From positions 1-64,000 of IMG/VR virus record IMGVR_UViG_3300011989_000011: DNA of 64,000 nt; one strand, given 5' to 3'. The notes beneath the pieces were generated by a model, which saw only the letters and a list, made by a program, of their open reading frames with translations, did not search any database and was not told where the DNA came from. The DNA is from a virus (lineage: Duplodnaviria; Caudoviricetes). How positions within the stretch are numbered: the first letter of the stretch is position 1; every line of letters begins with the position of its first letter. The translations under genes and the position numbers were made by a program. Below are positions 62,841 through 64,000 of this stretch, piece after piece.

Positions 62841-64000
62841 ATGGCTAAGAAAATAAGTGAGAACGCGATCCCAGACATCAACGCGGACTGGGGCAAGGAT
62901 GCAAGCAACGGACTGCCTTATTCGGGACAGGCGGTACAGACGTTCATCAAGGACACGATGAAGTCTCTTGACAGTAGCATCAAGAAGAAAGTCGGTTGGT
63001 GGTGCTGGTCAACGAACATCGACGCAAGCAATTTTTATCATCTCTGGGGCTTCGCGTCCGAGGACGACTGTACGAAATACAAGTCAGACCCGGAGGCCAA
63101 CGCGTCGTTGTTGTTGGTCAACGAGGCACTGCCTATCTCCACCGTACAGGGCGACAGCTATTCTGCCTTTCTGTTCGCCGACGTGAGCAAGACGGCGGAC
63201 TTGGTGGTAAGCGGGAATGAGCTGACTGCAAAGGTGAGATTTTGTGCTGTCAAGAATAGCAATGGCGAGCGGTTGAATGATGGTTCGATGGGCACGCTTA
63301 TCATCGAGCGCAGCGTTGACGGATCAACGTGGAATGCTGTAGAGACACGAAAGGGAGTCTTGGTTAGCGACGATTATTCTGGAAGTTCGTTTCAAATATT
63401 CAACATTGCTTCGGCCCTGTCTTCCGGCAAGCAACATATCCGCTTACGTGCGTCTTTCCCTTATGACGACGGCAGCGGTAAGATGATGACCGCATACTCA
63501 AGCTATGTGCAGGTTGGCGCAAGTATAAACTTCACGGCAATCGGCATTGCGCTTGGTGAGCTGCATCCTTATACGCCTATACGTGTAGACAGCCTTGGGG
63601 CAGAAGGGGCACGCAAATTTCCCTTGTCTTATATCTGCACCGGCAGCGTGCCAAAGACGCTCCATTATGTTATCTACGATGAAGATGGCACGCAGATTTT
63701 CCCCACGACAGGCTTTGGTGAGATTGCCGGTATAAACGCGAATGGTACCGTCGTGAATCAGTCTGTGGGTAACGAGTCGGACGCTCCGTCGCTGTTCACG
63801 CACGGCGTAAAGACAGTCGTGGCATGGCTGACCGTTGACGATGGTGCTGGCGGAACAATATACAGCAACTGTCTTGTCAACAGGTTCATGGTTATTAACG
63901 AATCTGATGCTATCAAGAAGGGAACGGACACAAAGTCTTATTTCCTGCTGCAACAAGAGGTGCCTGCGGAAAAGATGGCAACGCTCGACATGGATGCCCG
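62841..64000 (+). CDS. Large tail fibre-like protein, 5' part (runs off the window)
   Basis: Frame starting MAKKISENAIPDINADWG..NGLPYSGQAVQTFIK; absent from the ORF track, consistent with no stop inside the window (not read to the end by hand). Confidence 0.7.
   Translation, partial: MAKKISENAIPDINADWGKDASNGLPYSGQAVQTFIKDTMKSLDSSIKKKVGWWCWSTNIDASNFYHLWGFASEDDCTKYKSDPEANASLLLVNEALPISTVQGDSYSAFLFADVSKTADLVVSGNELTAKVRFCAVKNSNGERLNDGSMGTLIIERSVDGSTWNAVETRKGVLVSDDYSGSSFQIFNIASALSSGKQHIRLRASFPYDDGSGKMMTAYSSYVQVGASINFTAIGIALGELHPYTPIRVDSLGAEGARKFPLSYICTGSVPKTLHYVIYDEDGTQIFPTTGFGEIAGINANGTVVNQSVGNESDAPSLFTHGVKTVVAWLTVDDGAGGTIYSNCLVNRFMVINESDAIKKGTDTKSYFLLQQEVPAEKMATLDMDA

Larger units (their letters stand above)
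199..64000. mobile_element. Temperate siphovirus-like prophage of a Bacteroidales host; continues beyond the right edge
   Basis: att core, repressor/cro switch, replication, terminase, portal, capsid, tape measure and tail genes; no tail sheath; Bacteroidetes-type promoters. Confidence 0.93.

Noticed and set aside
1-64000. Stop-codon reassignment as in some Bacteroidetes phages
   Set aside because: Long genes are intact under the standard code and TAA, TAG and TGA all end genes; the few interruptions have local explanations
55671-64000. Diversity-generating retroelement or invertible shufflon
   Set aside because: No reverse transcriptase, recombinase, adenine-specific TR/VR pair or inverted repeat set is visible; one could lie beyond the right edge

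Overview
Almost the whole window is the left ~64 kb of a temperate, long non-contractile-tailed (siphovirus-like) prophage of a Bacteroidales host, probably Prevotella-like: promoters carry Bacteroidetes TAnnTTTG -7 boxes and genes lack obvious Shine-Dalgarno sites. The left boundary is the 3' half of a tRNA-Ser(GGA) gene (att core, 199-255). The order is: immunity switch; recombination/replication genes; arrays of small accessory genes headed by six related promoter-leader cassettes; portal and a MuF polyvalent protein; more accessory/anti-defence genes; a tRNA cluster; a putative DNA-modification operon (DUF4417, amidoligase fusion, ParB-like, ATP-grasp); terminase, head and tail genes; and a large tail-fibre-like ORF running off the right end. 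No integrase or lysis genes are recognisable in the window. The best novelty candidates are (1) a promoter-to-terminator small RNA at 43101-43238 plus two further RNA elements, all antisense to the GAGCAAUG start motif and/or the UGUAAUUAAGAAAC leader shared by many early genes; (2) the amidoligase/GNAT/ParB/ATP-grasp cluster next to the terminase; (3) a tRNA mimic ending two bases before the tail-chaperone start codon; (4) a DNA methyltransferase switched off by a G7 tract; (5) a MuF fusion with RelA/SpoT-like and HExxH domains plus a nearby HD hydrolase; and (6) a four-fragment recombination scar joining the head module of one phage to the tail module of another. All protein family calls come from motif recognition by eye; no database searches were run.
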